This document shows positions 28,871 to 39,048 of a stretch of DNA of 64,000 nucleotides, in pieces. Position numbers and translations under genes: made by a program. The DNA comes from a bacterium (GTDB taxonomy: Bacteria; UBA8248). Under the pieces are notes generated by a model that made no database searches, had not been told where the DNA came from, and saw nothing but the letters and a program-made list of their open reading frames with translations. Positions within the stretch are counted from its first letter, which is position 1; the number at the start of each line of letters is the position of its first letter. The stretch covers positions 640,001 through 704,000 of the forward strand of contig OY843592.1 in NCBI GenBank assembly GCA_963692865.2, written 5' to 3'.

Positions 28871-30268
28871 TCATGAAAACCTGGATTCAGCATGCGAACC
28901 TATCCCTCTTTTACGACTCCAAATAAAAAACCAAACAAACAGACACACTCCTCCCACAAAATGACTTGCCGTCATTGCGCCCCATACGCCGGCTGCTCCG
29001 AATCCCAACGGCAAAGCGGCAAAATATGCGAGTGGTATCTGAAAACCCCATCGGACAAAAGCTTCCACGACCATCGGCGGCTTCGTATTCGCCGCTCCCT
29101 GGAAAGCACCCGCCAACATGCGCCGGATGGCCTCGAACAAGGTTCCGATGGTGAGTATTCGAACGCAAGCGACTCCAACGTCGACTCCCTTTCCCTTCAT
29201 TCCGAAGATCAAGACGATTTCCGTTGCATAAAAGTACAAAATGAACGTCACGACACACATCATGACGAATAAACCGGCCATGGACATATAGACGCTTTTC
29301 AGCGCCCGATCCGGCCGACTGGCGCCTACGTTTTGACCCACCATCGTGCGAACGGCGGATTGGATCCCAAAACCGGGCAATCGCGAAAACGTCCCGAGCC
29401 GATTTCCAATCGACCATGCGGCCAAAACCACCGGCCCGAACAACGCCAAAATCTTGAGCAGGATAAGGAGAGCGCCGCGTTCAAGCATGTTCTGCGCCGC
29501 CGCCGGCCAGCCCAACAAAACGATGCGGCGCATGCTTTCCGCATGGGGTTTGAGATGAATCAACCCGACGCGAAGGCGAGAACGCCCCGATGTCAAAAAC
29601 CACAGGACAACCATAATCCCTATGATACGCCCCAACCCAATTGCTATGGCTGAACCTGTAAGTCCAAATCCCGCGAACGGACCAATACCAAAAACAAGGA
29701 TAGGAATGAACGTGATGGATAAAAGCGTCGAAATTCCAAGGCCAATCAGGGATTTTCCAGGCTCACCGGCCGATTTCAGCATATGTGAAACCGTAAAAAT
29801 ACCGTCGACGAACGCGATGGTGAGAAACGATGCCTGCAAATACGAAACACCGACCCGCATTACATCAGCGTCGGAAGTCAAAAGACCGAGCAATCGCGAT
29901 GAAAACGCAAACCCGATAACACTGATGGTGACGTAATATATGCCTGCCAGCAAAAACGCCTGACCCGCCGCATGGCTAGCGTGTTCGGGTTCTTTTGCTC
30001 CGATTCTCTGGGCCACCAAAGCGCTGCCCGCGATCCTGATGCCGAAGCCGACCGCGCGAAAAAAGAAAATGATCATGAAGCTCAAAGAAACCGCTGCCAG
30101 ATATTCGGGACCTAAACGCCCCACCCAAAAGATCTCGACAAGTATATCGGCGTTCCAGGCTATCGGTTCCAGGCATGAGGGAACAGCCAGGCGAAAAAGC
30201 CCGAAACCGATTGGGCCTGATGTATAGTCATATCTTTTTGTGTCCGTTCCCAAGCGTGACATGCGCAA
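28871..30268 (-). CDS. MATE family efflux transporter
   Basis: LAVP, AQRIGA, GQNVGA and 12 TM segments. Confidence 0.9.
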   Translation of the reverse strand: MRMSRLGTDTKRYDYTSGPIGFGLFRLAVPSCLEPIAWNADILVEIFWVGRLGPEYLAAVSLSFMIIFFFRAVGFGIRIAGSALVAQRIGAKEPEHASHAAGQAFLLAGIYYVTISVIGFAFSSRLLGLLTSDADVMRVGVSYLQASFLTIAFVDGIFTVSHMLKSAGEPGKSLIGLGISTLLSITFIPILVFGIGPFAGFGLTGSAIAIGLGRIIGIMVVLWFLTSGRSRLRVGLIHLKPHAESMRRIVLLGWPAAAQNMLERGALLILLKILALFGPVVLAAWSIGNRLGTFSRLPGFGIQSAVRTMVGQNVGASRPDRALKSVYMSMAGLFVMMCVVTFILYFYATEIVLIFGMKGKGVDVGVACVRILTIGTLFEAIRRMLAGAFQGAANTKPPMVVEAFVRWGFQIPLAYFAALPLGFGAAGVWGAMTASHFVGGVCLFVWFFIWSRKRGIGSHAESRFS

Positions 30269-30415
30269 ATCTTATCCTAATCAATTCCAAAAGGGTTCTG
30301 GTTCGGCCTATTCAGCGAATTTTCTCTCGGGGCTGGTAAGTTTTCTCTCCACAAGATAGGTTTATCTCCAAAACGCGTATCCGATCTCGATGTAACCGGA
30401 GAGGCTGGTGCATCC

Positions 30416-31195
30416 ATGATGCAATTCATAGAAAGAACCCTGAAAGACGCGGGCGAATTGGCCTTGTCGTTCATGAGCAACGCCAGAGGCGAGCAAAAAC
30501 AAGATCGGAGCCTGGTGAGCGAGGCGGACTTCGAGGTGGAAAGGTTCATCATTTCCCGCCTGAAGACATCATTCCCGAACGACAATGTTATCGGTGAAGA
30601 ACTCGGCGGCGGAGAATCGACATCCCGTAAACGCTCACGACTCTGGGCGGTTGATCCCATCGACGGCACGAATCCTTTTCTGAACGGCCTGCCCACCTGG
30701 GGCGTATCCATCGGCGTTATGGAAGACGGAGAACCCATCGCCGGGGGATTCCACATGCCCGTCGTCGATGAGATATTTCTCGCTCTAAAAGGGAAAGGCG
30801 CCACCAGAAACGGCAAGGCTCTTCCAAACTTACAGGACATGGAAATCAACAACCAAACCGTTATGCTGGGACCATCGTCTCGAAAGCGTTTTTACAAGCT
30901 GGATTATCCGGGGAAATCCGTCGCCTATGGAAGCGCTTCCGCACATGTGGCGTATGCGGCTACGGGAGGCGCCATTGCCGCTTTGGTAGACAGGCCCCAA
31001 ATCTGGGATATCCTGGGTCCTCTGGCCGTTTTGAGAGAAGTAGGCGGAAACGGATATCACCCCGATGGACGCGTCCTTAATCTCCAAAAGCTCGCGAATG
31101 GCGAAAAAGCCGAAGGTCCCGTATTTTTCGGCTTAAGAAAAAATGCGGAAAAAGTATTCCCTCACATCGAAGTGTACCCCAGGCCGACTTCCTAG
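30416..31195 (+). CDS. Inositol monophosphatase family protein
   Basis: VSEAD, IGEE, DPIDGT, WDI. Confidence 0.92.
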   Translation: MMQFIERTLKDAGELALSFMSNARGEQKQDRSLVSEADFEVERFIISRLKTSFPNDNVIGEELGGGESTSRKRSRLWAVDPIDGTNPFLNGLPTWGVSIGVMEDGEPIAGGFHMPVVDEIFLALKGKGATRNGKALPNLQDMEINNQTVMLGPSSRKRFYKLDYPGKSVAYGSASAHVAYAATGGAIAALVDRPQIWDILGPLAVLREVGGNGYHPDGRVLNLQKLANGEKAEGPVFFGLRKNAEKVFPHIEVYPRPTS

Positions 31196-31198
31196 CCT

Positions 31199-31868
31199 TC
31201 ACCGCTGAAACCCGGTTCCGAAAACGCTTTGCATCAAATCCCCTTCATCGAAACGAGCGAGTCGATAGTCGTTGATATCAGGCTCCTCGCAACTTCCCGT
31301 CATGATGAATTCCGCCATCATCTCCCCCACGGCGGGCGCCAGTTTGAAACCATGGCCGCTCATGTCCGTACAAATGTAGTAGCCTGACACCTCAGGATGA
31401 CGATCTCAATCCTCTCGCCATTTCCGCCCACGGCATCAAAAATCGTGTCTTGCTCTCTGATGGCCTCCGCCGGAAATCGGTGCCCGCTAAGTGCAGCCAC
31501 CTTGTTCACCCAAGCTCCAGAAGCGTTCACAACTATGGGACTCTTGATGACGTCTCGTGAAGTCTTTACCCGGTGCAGTCCCCGGCCGTTAATGCTCAAC
31601 CCGATGACGGGACAATTTTGTCGAATCAACGCGCCGTATTTCTTGGCGCCTTCCGCAAATCCAGCCGTTACTCCATGAGGATCCGCATACCCGCTCCTCG
31701 GTTCGTAAGCCGCGCCCACGACATCATCCAGCCTAGCCCATGGGGCGTACGAAAAATCTCCTCCCTTTCTATCCAGCGAGTCTCCACCCCGAGGAATTGC
31801 GCAAGTTCCACGTTTTTTCTTACACCATCACGAAAGGAGGCATCCGCCGTTTCGTGCGCCATGACCAC
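31199..31868 (-). pseudogene. Degraded FAD-dependent oxidoreductase (DadA/SoxB-like)
   Basis: Three fragments in different frames carry YEPRSGYADP, VVNASGAW and SGHGFKLAPAVG. The N-terminal GxGxxG is missing, there is a frameshift near 31755 and an internal deletion near 31410. Confidence 0.85.
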
Positions 31869-31871
31869 TTC

Positions 31872-33737
31872 TCAGACATCCACCCAAACGGGACTCGACC
31901 AAGCCATTTCTCCATCGTCCTGGATCAGGCGAACGTAATAATAATCCGACTCGCGTTCTTTTCCTTTCGAATCGATCCACTCAAGAGATACAGACTCCTG
32001 ATTCGGTTCTGCCGCATGAACTTCTTTTGAATTTTTGATGATCACAACCCTCTGAACCAAGGAGCAGGCTTCGGCGTATACTTTGAGTTTTCTTTCCCTC
32101 GACGCTTCCAACCGAACTTCTGAACCCATCGGGGCGTCGTTCAAGAAAAATTCAAGAATGATGCGCGCGCCCGTCGTGCCATAACAACGCCGCTCCCAAA
32201 GGGCCTTGAATATCCCTTCCCGATCAAATGTCTCCGCCCATACACAGGCCAGTCCACCTCGCCAGGCATTCTTGAGGCGCAAACGATTCGAAAAGCCTGG
32301 CTGAGAAGTATGCGTATCCGAACCGGCGATGATGCCCAGGCGGTATCCTTTCTCCAGCGCAGCCTGCACGCTTTGCCCTTCGTAGCGCGCCGGATTGACC
32401 AAAGGCCTTTCGCAACCTTTTGATTCGGAGTTGCCCCAACAGGAATAGATTTCGACCAAGCGCTGAAACCTGGGGTCGTGCCAGCGCCAGCGTGTGCCAA
32501 TCACGGCGCTCACCGAATGATGGGGAATCGTGAGTGCTCGACCTTCGAATCTTTCGAGTTGTTCCCAGAGTTTTTCCGGATGATCGGAATCCGGGCTGCG
32601 AGAATCCAGTTTCGGGATGTTCTCGTCATCCAGAAAATAGACGTTTTTGTTCCCGTCTTGCTCGAGCATGCCAAACCATTCATAAGCGGGAAGGGCCACG
32701 TATCTCCCCGTCTCAGAATAACGATTCGCCGCCTCGACAACCTCTCCCCACTGCGCCTCATCCATTCGCATGGCCAAGGAGGTGCATGCGGCGAAATCCA
32801 CCCCTGCGCAATCCCGCGCATAGGTATGGACATACGCCACGATTTCACGAGCGGTCGATGGCCTCGGGTACTCCCCCACGCACAACCCGCTCATGCAATG
32901 CGGGTCTCCAAAAAGAAGCGCGCGCGCAGGGGCTTGATCCAACACCTGAATTGGCGGTGTATGAGTTGTCGGCAAACCATCCGCCGAAACCTGCAGTCGA
33001 TGAACTCCCCGCGCCCTTAACGCCAGATTTTCACAAACAAAAATTCCGGGCGATTCCTGGCGAAAAGGGACTATGCTTTCATCAGGCAACTGAAGTTTAG
33101 GAGTGGATGCACCTGTTGTCGCTACGTTATGAAAACAATCTCGCGCAACGGCCCGGACGGAAAATGCTTGCCCTGCAACTGTCTGCGCCGGGGTCGTCAC
33201 CCAAAGAAAAGATGGTTCCTCGGGTGTCACTTCGAATCTCGGCGAATCCGAGAGAAGCTCCCAATCTCCCTGACCCTTCGAATCTACGGATAGAGTGAAT
33301 TCCACGGGCATGGCCAATATTTGCGCCTGCACGCCGGGGATTCCGGATGGCGTCCAGCCATAGTCGAGCTCAACAAAATCGCCTTCCGCCAAAGCAGAGT
33401 CTTGAACCGTCAATTCAAGGCTGGCGGGCAGGAAAGTATAGCCGAGTACGGGTTCTATCAATGAGGGAACCAAAGAAACATTCTCGTTCGAGCATCGGAA
33501 CTTGCAATATCCAGGAGCCGCCACATCTTCTAATTGAGGCTTGTTGAATCCATTCGGCGGCGTGAAGCGAAGACCACCATCACGCTCGATTCCTCGCGGA
33601 CCGACTGTGTAGGTAATGCGCCATCTGCCTAATCTGCCTGCCGTAATCGGGCCTTCGGGCTCTATGTTCGCTCGGCCCAAATCTTCACCAAAAAAATGCT
33701 CTCGCAGCGCGCCTATACCCCGGCGAGGGGTTCCCAT
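31872..33737 (-). CDS. DUF3604 / CehA-McbA-like PHP-fold metallohydrolase
   Basis: GDPH, YEW, IPHH, VEIYSCWG, GSDTH, RRCYGTTG, YYVR..Q.DG.MAWSSP. Confidence 0.85.
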   Translation of the reverse strand: MGTPRRGIGALREHFFGEDLGRANIEPEGPITAGRLGRWRITYTVGPRGIERDGGLRFTPPNGFNKPQLEDVAAPGYCKFRCSNENVSLVPSLIEPVLGYTFLPASLELTVQDSALAEGDFVELDYGWTPSGIPGVQAQILAMPVEFTLSVDSKGQGDWELLSDSPRFEVTPEEPSFLWVTTPAQTVAGQAFSVRAVARDCFHNVATTGASTPKLQLPDESIVPFRQESPGIFVCENLALRARGVHRLQVSADGLPTTHTPPIQVLDQAPARALLFGDPHCMSGLCVGEYPRPSTAREIVAYVHTYARDCAGVDFAACTSLAMRMDEAQWGEVVEAANRYSETGRYVALPAYEWFGMLEQDGNKNVYFLDDENIPKLDSRSPDSDHPEKLWEQLERFEGRALTIPHHSVSAVIGTRWRWHDPRFQRLVEIYSCWGNSESKGCERPLVNPARYEGQSVQAALEKGYRLGIIAGSDTHTSQPGFSNRLRLKNAWRGGLACVWAETFDREGIFKALWERRCYGTTGARIILEFFLNDAPMGSEVRLEASRERKLKVYAEACSLVQRVVIIKNSKEVHAAEPNQESVSLEWIDSKGKERESDYYYVRLIQDDGEMAWSSPVWVDV

Positions 33738-33822
33738 GAACAATCTCCTGTTTCAGGCCGACCAGCGATTTGGAAAATTCAACAATCATGAAAACAAAAT
33801 CAAAGCGAGAAAATGAACGCAT

Positions 33823-34494
33823 CTATTCCCACGTGAGCATTGCGGCATATCCATCCCTCGGTACGTTCACTTGAATCGGAAATCCCTCGTGGCGCTTAAA
33901 TGCCTGGATCGTGATCAGATGCACATCCGATTCCCACAATATGTGGCGGAACGAGCACTCGAGTGTTTGATAGTACAGATAAGGATCGCTTTCGTCTTTG
34001 CGAAAACCGCTTTCGTGCGCAGGCAGAACAAGATTTTGAAAATAATCTATCACTCGCTCACCGTTTGCCCATGTTCTATCCGGAGAGTACTTCCGTGGCA
34101 ATTCCTTTTCTCTTAGCGTGGCAAGCGTTTCTTTCGATAAAATCTCGCGGCACAAAGCGCAGGCATCATCAAGCGCATCTAGGACATCAGACATTTCAGA
34201 AAACCGGAAGGGATCGAGCATCCTGTCTGCTCCACCTTGATTTGCCAGAGATTTATCTCGCGGCAACGAATCCGGATACAAAACGGGGGGCCAGAATTCC
34301 AGAAAAAACAGATAAGGTATCCATGCGGTGTGGCTGATTTGTTCCTTGATGGACCATGCTCCCCAACTTTTCTCGGTCAACTTCAATTCCAATAATTCCC
34401 GTGGAAGCCCATTCGTTTCTTTGCGGAACAAATCCGCCAAATTCTTATATTCCGGAAATACGTCCAGTCCCGGAGTGGTTAAGCCTTCTGGCAT
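33823..34494 (-). CDS. DinB-like superfamily protein
   Basis: WSIKEQISH and RHILWESDVH (His triad). Confidence 0.7.
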   Translation of the reverse strand: MPEGLTTPGLDVFPEYKNLADLFRKETNGLPRELLELKLTEKSWGAWSIKEQISHTAWIPYLFFLEFWPPVLYPDSLPRDKSLANQGGADRMLDPFRFSEMSDVLDALDDACALCREILSKETLATLREKELPRKYSPDRTWANGERVIDYFQNLVLPAHESGFRKDESDPYLYYQTLECSFRHILWESDVHLITIQAFKRHEGFPIQVNVPRDGYAAMLTWE

Positions 34495-34511
34495 ATCGCT
34501 TCCTCAAGTCA

Positions 34512-35411
34512 TCAATTTTCGTCCATTTTCATCGGCAAGTGCTCCGCATACACTTCCGCCGCTTGCTGCGGCGTCAAGCTTTTGTTTCTCGCCTCCAGAG
34601 TTTGCTCCGCCAAAGGCGTTTTCGCTAGATGAGAATAAACGGCCGCCGCTCCTTGATGAAACTTCGGGGTAACGCCGGCGGCCTCGAAGGTCTGCGCAAT
34701 TTGTTTCATCTCATCAATATAACGCCATGCCACGACGGGAAGGCGAGGCGCGCTCGAGGTCATCTGTTGATAATAAGCCTGCTGACTCGTTTGAAACTCA
34801 TGGCTCACTTCCTCGCTGAGACCGAGGGCTTCCGCCAAGGTTATAACGGCAGTTTGAAGAGCATGGGTCCCCTTCGTGAGGGCGGCGTAACACATCTTGA
34901 TTCCGGAAGCCCGACCAATCTCTGGCCCTAATAAGCGTACCATGATCCCTTTTCCGTCCAATTCTGACAGCAACTCCGCCCGCTCGCCGCTGAAGTAAAA
35001 CCTTGTGTTGTTCCGTGTCTCATTCGGTGGGGGACCCAATATCCCCCCATCGATAAAATCCGCTCCGGCATCTGAAATTTTCTTTGCGATAGCTTTTGCC
35101 GTTTCCGGCGATACGGCGTTGCAGTCGGCATATGGGGGACAAAAACCAGAGGCTGACATGGATTCCGCCACTTCGTCCGCCGCCTGGGCTGCCAAACCAG
35201 GAGGCACGATGGACAAAACAATGTCTGCTCGCTCCAGTATTTCTGTTATCGTCGGATAATCCCGAATGCCTCCTTTAGAGGCCAAGCGTTTCGTCCGTTC
35301 GCTTCTGTTCGCGAGACAAGTTATCACCTCAAAACCATGCAATCCCAGCATTCTCCCCACCGCATGTCCCATATCTCCCGGGCTGATGATGGCAACGGTT
35401 TTAAGTGCCAT
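34512..35411 (-). CDS. NAD(P)-dependent oxidoreductase (beta-hydroxyacid dehydrogenase / DUF1932 type)
   Basis: SPGDMG, SIVPP, DCNAVSP, ASGIKMCYAALTKG, AWRY..EM. Confidence 0.88.
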   Translation of the reverse strand: MALKTVAIISPGDMGHAVGRMLGLHGFEVITCLANRSERTKRLASKGGIRDYPTITEILERADIVLSIVPPGLAAQAADEVAESMSASGFCPPYADCNAVSPETAKAIAKKISDAGADFIDGGILGPPPNETRNNTRFYFSGERAELLSELDGKGIMVRLLGPEIGRASGIKMCYAALTKGTHALQTAVITLAEALGLSEEVSHEFQTSQQAYYQQMTSSAPRLPVVAWRYIDEMKQIAQTFEAAGVTPKFHQGAAAVYSHLAKTPLAEQTLEARNKSLTPQQAAEVYAEHLPMKMDEN

Positions 35412-35543
35412 GTGAGCACCTCCTCTTGCCCGTAACTAGAAACAAACAATATATGCCGAGTCTAGCAGAAATGAAGCTCTTCAGAGAAAGAGCGTTGACA
35501 TTAGATGAATTTGCATTCTGATATGAACAGCTTTCTGAAAGAC

Positions 35544-36050
35544 CTATTTATTCCAGATACATTTTTTGTCTTTGGGAGAATACACCATCACACCCACAGG
35601 CTCGCTTACTGTTGAGTCTCTCGCCATGCGCAGGATATTCACAAATAAAATGGCATCTTTTGCTCCCGCGTTCTCTAGCATGTCTCTTCCCAGGCGGCAG
35701 ATTAACTCTGCTCTTTGCCTTCTCTTTTTTGCGCTCACCTCCGACCAAGGCAACAGGATATCAAGAGACAACCTGTCAGGACTCATCTCGGAAACGCGAA
35801 TTTCCGCACGGCTGGTGTGCTTTGAGGCATCCAGATATTTCTTGAGAATTTGGCCTACGTTTTTTGTGATGTCCCCCGGAGGCATTCCTCCCCATTTCTT
35901 TGCTTCTGCTACCAAAGATGCTTTTATGCCTGTTTTGGAAAGAAATAGTGGCTTCGAGAAAAACAATAGCGCGCCCGCTATAGATGCAAATGAGATGAAT
36001 AAAAACCAAAACAGAAAATTCACCCCTGAAGGTTTCCAGGTTCTCATCAA
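35544..36050 (-). CDS. Hypothetical membrane-anchored protein
   Basis: N-terminal TM helix. Start overlaps the upstream stop. Confidence 0.6.
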   Translation of the reverse strand: MMRTWKPSGVNFLFWFLFISFASIAGALLFFSKPLFLSKTGIKASLVAEAKKWGGMPPGDITKNVGQILKKYLDASKHTSRAEIRVSEMSPDRLSLDILLPWSEVSAKKRRQRAELICRLGRDMLENAGAKDAILFVNILRMARDSTVSEPVGVMVYSPKDKKCIWNK

Positions 36051-36730
36051 GAAACGGGATAGGCGGAGGCATAGCCGCCGACAGGGGCATCAGGATAAAC
36101 GGGAGACAAGCCCAGGGCTTCACGATGAAGCCTGATGGAGCGCAAGTGAATCAAATCGTCCCAAAGCACGTGACGCAAAGTTACCAGGGGAGTAATTCGA
36201 AATCCATGTGGGTGTTCAGTATCCAATGTAAATCCATCCGGGTGACACTTCATACAACGGTTCCACAAATCTATGGAACGCTCCTCGCTCACGCCCACAA
36301 TCGAGCTATCTGTAAAAACAAACAAGAGCCTTTTCTGTGTCGAGCCTTCGTGCTCAAACTTTTCAACTTCTGTAGCCGCTGCTTCGCATGCTTCGGAAAA
36401 ACGTAAATGCAGCCATTTGGGGTCCGCATACCGCTCAGAAGAAAAACGACGGTCATCCTCCCGCGTGTTGATGAACGTGCCGAACTGACTCATGTCCACG
36501 ACCGGCCAATGCAGGCGAGTGGCGCCGTAAAGAACCATGAACCATCTCGTCGTAATGTAAGCCATATGGCTGAGTTGCCTTCTTGGGGACCAACGCGCCC
36601 AATCTTCTGTCCCCGTTCTATCCAATTGCGCCTCGGATAAATCGGCGAGTTCGCCTATCGTCCATGCGGGGATTTGCCGGTAGACATAGGCGATTTCGCT
36701 TGGCGAAACCGGATAAGAAGATTCACTCAT
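36047..36730 (-). CDS. DinB-like superfamily protein (paralogue of 33823-34494)
   Basis: WSPRRQLSH and RHVLWDDLIH, with a similar C-terminal GYA. Confidence 0.7.
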   Translation of the reverse strand: MSESSYPVSPSEIAYVYRQIPAWTIGELADLSEAQLDRTGTEDWARWSPRRQLSHMAYITTRWFMVLYGATRLHWPVVDMSQFGTFINTREDDRRFSSERYADPKWLHLRFSEACEAAATEVEKFEHEGSTQKRLLFVFTDSSIVGVSEERSIDLWNRCMKCHPDGFTLDTEHPHGFRITPLVTLRHVLWDDLIHLRSIRLHREALGLSPVYPDAPVGGYASAYPVS

Positions 36731-37437
36731 TCCCTAACGCCCCTTTTCAGGATTTCACAAATCGCCTCCTTGTCCTCCAGGGTAGCGAAAAGAAAATCCG
36801 GAGAAGCACTCGCCAACTCGTAAAGTGAATCCCCTTCTGTAGCCACTGCTACCGTCTTGGCACAACATGCGCGGCCCGCTTCAACGTCACGCCACGTATC
36901 GCCAATCACCCAACGGGAAATGGATTTATCGGGGAATTCCTTTTGAATAATCGCTTCGCCTCGCTGAAACCCCATTTCCAGCAACTTCGCCCTGTCGCCA
37001 GAATCGGAGCCAAACCCTCCGAACGAAAAAAACCGGTTCAACCCGCCGCGCGAGAGTTTGATTCGCGCACCATCTTCGATGTTGCCCGTGCCCAATCCCA
37101 TGAACACGTCTTTCCGACTCTCTAGACACGAAAGCAATTCTGGGATTCCCGGCATCAAATGAAAGTTTTTGGAATCCCTTACCGTGGTGGGTAGGATTTC
37201 CACATACTTCTCTAAAAGAACCTTTACCTCAGACTCGTTCCCGTAACGACCAAGATGAGAACTGAACATCTCTTGCACGATAAGTTCATCCGTTTTCCCA
37301 TGCGGGTGAACATGACGCATAGCGTTCGGTATCCCGTAAATTCGCTCAAAAGCGAGACTCAAGGCTCCTGCTCCGGCTCCCCCACTCAAAAGCAGCGTTC
37401 CATCCACATCGAACAGGATTAGGTGAATTGAGTTCAA
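36727..37437 (-). CDS. HAD-family hydrolase
   Basis: LFDVDGTL, GKTD, TGN, GGFGSD, IGDT..D. Confidence 0.92.
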   Translation of the reverse strand: MNSIHLILFDVDGTLLLSGGAGAGALSLAFERIYGIPNAMRHVHPHGKTDELIVQEMFSSHLGRYGNESEVKVLLEKYVEILPTTVRDSKNFHLMPGIPELLSCLESRKDVFMGLGTGNIEDGARIKLSRGGLNRFFSFGGFGSDSGDRAKLLEMGFQRGEAIIQKEFPDKSISRWVIGDTWRDVEAGRACCAKTVAVATEGDSLYELASASPDFLFATLEDKEAICEILKRGVRE

Positions 37438-37606
37438 TGGTTTCTTCCAATGTATATACTTGGAAATACTCTGAGCGAGAGACGATTCCCCTCTATGTTA
37501 TAACAGGGAGTCGAATTGATTCCAGAATCATTCCTGTTCGTGCTGGTGAAACACATGAATTCAGTGAAAATTATCCAGCAAAGCACACAGATAAAGGAGA
37601 TGAAAG

Positions 37607-38311
37607 TTGCCAGATGAGAAAATCGCCGTCGTAACGGGCGGGAACAAAGGTATCGGTTTCGGGATCTGCCGATCGCTTGCAAAACAAGGGATAAGAACCA
37701 TCCTCACGGCGCGAGACGTATCCAAAGGTGAAATCGCTAAAGAGCAGTTAAAACAAGAGGGGCTGGAAATCATATTCCATCCCCTGGATGTCACCGACGG
37801 GAATAGCATCGATTCTCTAGCCCGCTTTTTGGCCAAAGAATTTGGAAAACTAGACATTTTAATCAACAACGCGGCCATCAGAAAAGATGCCGGGATGATG
37901 GGGTTGGACGTTCCCATCGAGATCTTCCGAGAAATGATGGAAACCAACCTCTACGGGCCGCTCATGATGTGCCAGACATTGGCTCCTCTTCTGAAAAAAA
38001 GCGCAGCAGGCAGAATCGTGAACCTCTCAAGCGGCATGGGCTCTCTCGCCAGCATGGGAGGAGGCTCTCCCGCATACAGAATCACCAAAACCGCTCTGAA
38101 TGCGATGACGAAAGTGCTGGCGAGTGAATTCCGAGGATCTGGCGTATTAGTGAATTGTTGTCATCCAGGATGGGTGAGAACCGACATGGGCGGTCGGGGC
38201 GCCTCTAAATCAATAGACGAAGGAGCGGATACGCCTGTATGGCTCGCTTTGTTGCCAAAAAATGGGCCTACCGGAGGGTATTTCCAGGACAGAAAGCCCA
38301 TGCCTTGGTAG
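37607..38311 (+). CDS. SDR, carbonyl-reductase-like
   Basis: TGGNKGIG, NNAA, YRITK, PGWVRTDMGG, GADTPVWLA. Confidence 0.92.
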   Translation: MPDEKIAVVTGGNKGIGFGICRSLAKQGIRTILTARDVSKGEIAKEQLKQEGLEIIFHPLDVTDGNSIDSLARFLAKEFGKLDILINNAAIRKDAGMMGLDVPIEIFREMMETNLYGPLMMCQTLAPLLKKSAAGRIVNLSSGMGSLASMGGGSPAYRITKTALNAMTKVLASEFRGSGVLVNCCHPGWVRTDMGGRGASKSIDEGADTPVWLALLPKNGPTGGYFQDRKPMPW

Positions 38312-38424
38312 AAGGCGTGTTTATTTCATCACGTAGCTGGTGTTCGGTAGGCAGGTGTCTGGTGATTGCTTCGATGAAAAAATATTGAGAGGCGTTAATT
38401 ATCGATTTAGTCGGCTTTTATAAA

Positions 38425-39000
38425 TCAAGCCGATGTTTTTGCATAATCCCATCCCGTAACAAACAATTTCACCTCGCCGGTTGATTCCTCATATTTATAG
38501 CGAGTTAACTTGGCGAGATCATCACCATAGACATGAATACCCACCACAGGCTCAGTTGAAGCACAACTTACGCGATGCGCATCTTTATCTTTCGTACAGC
38601 AGACGAAAACATCTCCGGGCCCGGCCAGGCGTTTGCCTAGAGGCGTGAGTTTTACGCGGGCGCCGCTCTCGCGGGGACCTTCACGCAAAAAACTCTCTTC
38701 GTTTTCCGTTCCCCGGTAAATGCCTATCACTCCCCAGGTGCCGTGATCATGAATCGGGGTGGTCTGACCCACATCCCATATACCGGCGCCAACAGAAAAG
38801 CTCTCATCCGGCTCGACATGAATCCGGTTGAGCGTAAAACCTTCTTTTTTCACTAACAGCTGATCGGCATTCAAGAGGTTCGGCTCATCCAAAATTGGCT
38901 CAAGGGCCGTCACAACATGAGCCGTCACTTCTTCTTCGGTACCGCCAGTCTGTACAATTTCACGTACTTGGTCGATAAAATCCTTCATCTTTTTAGACAT
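38425..39000 (-). CDS. Thiol dioxygenase (cysteine / 3-mercaptopropionate dioxygenase family)
   Basis: W..GQTTPIHDHGTWG, H.V, IHVYG. Confidence 0.85.
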   Translation of the reverse strand: MSKKMKDFIDQVREIVQTGGTEEEVTAHVVTALEPILDEPNLLNADQLLVKKEGFTLNRIHVEPDESFSVGAGIWDVGQTTPIHDHGTWGVIGIYRGTENEESFLREGPRESGARVKLTPLGKRLAGPGDVFVCCTKDKDAHRVSCASTEPVVGIHVYGDDLAKLTRYKYEESTGEVKLFVTGWDYAKTSA

Positions 39001-39048
39001 CTTTCATCCCCCAAGTTTTAGGATGCGTCCAAGCGAAATTCGTACGTC

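Noticed and set aside
37478-37505. CTATGTTATAA as a dif XerD arm
   Set aside because: There is no matching XerC arm, and the window context is origin-like.
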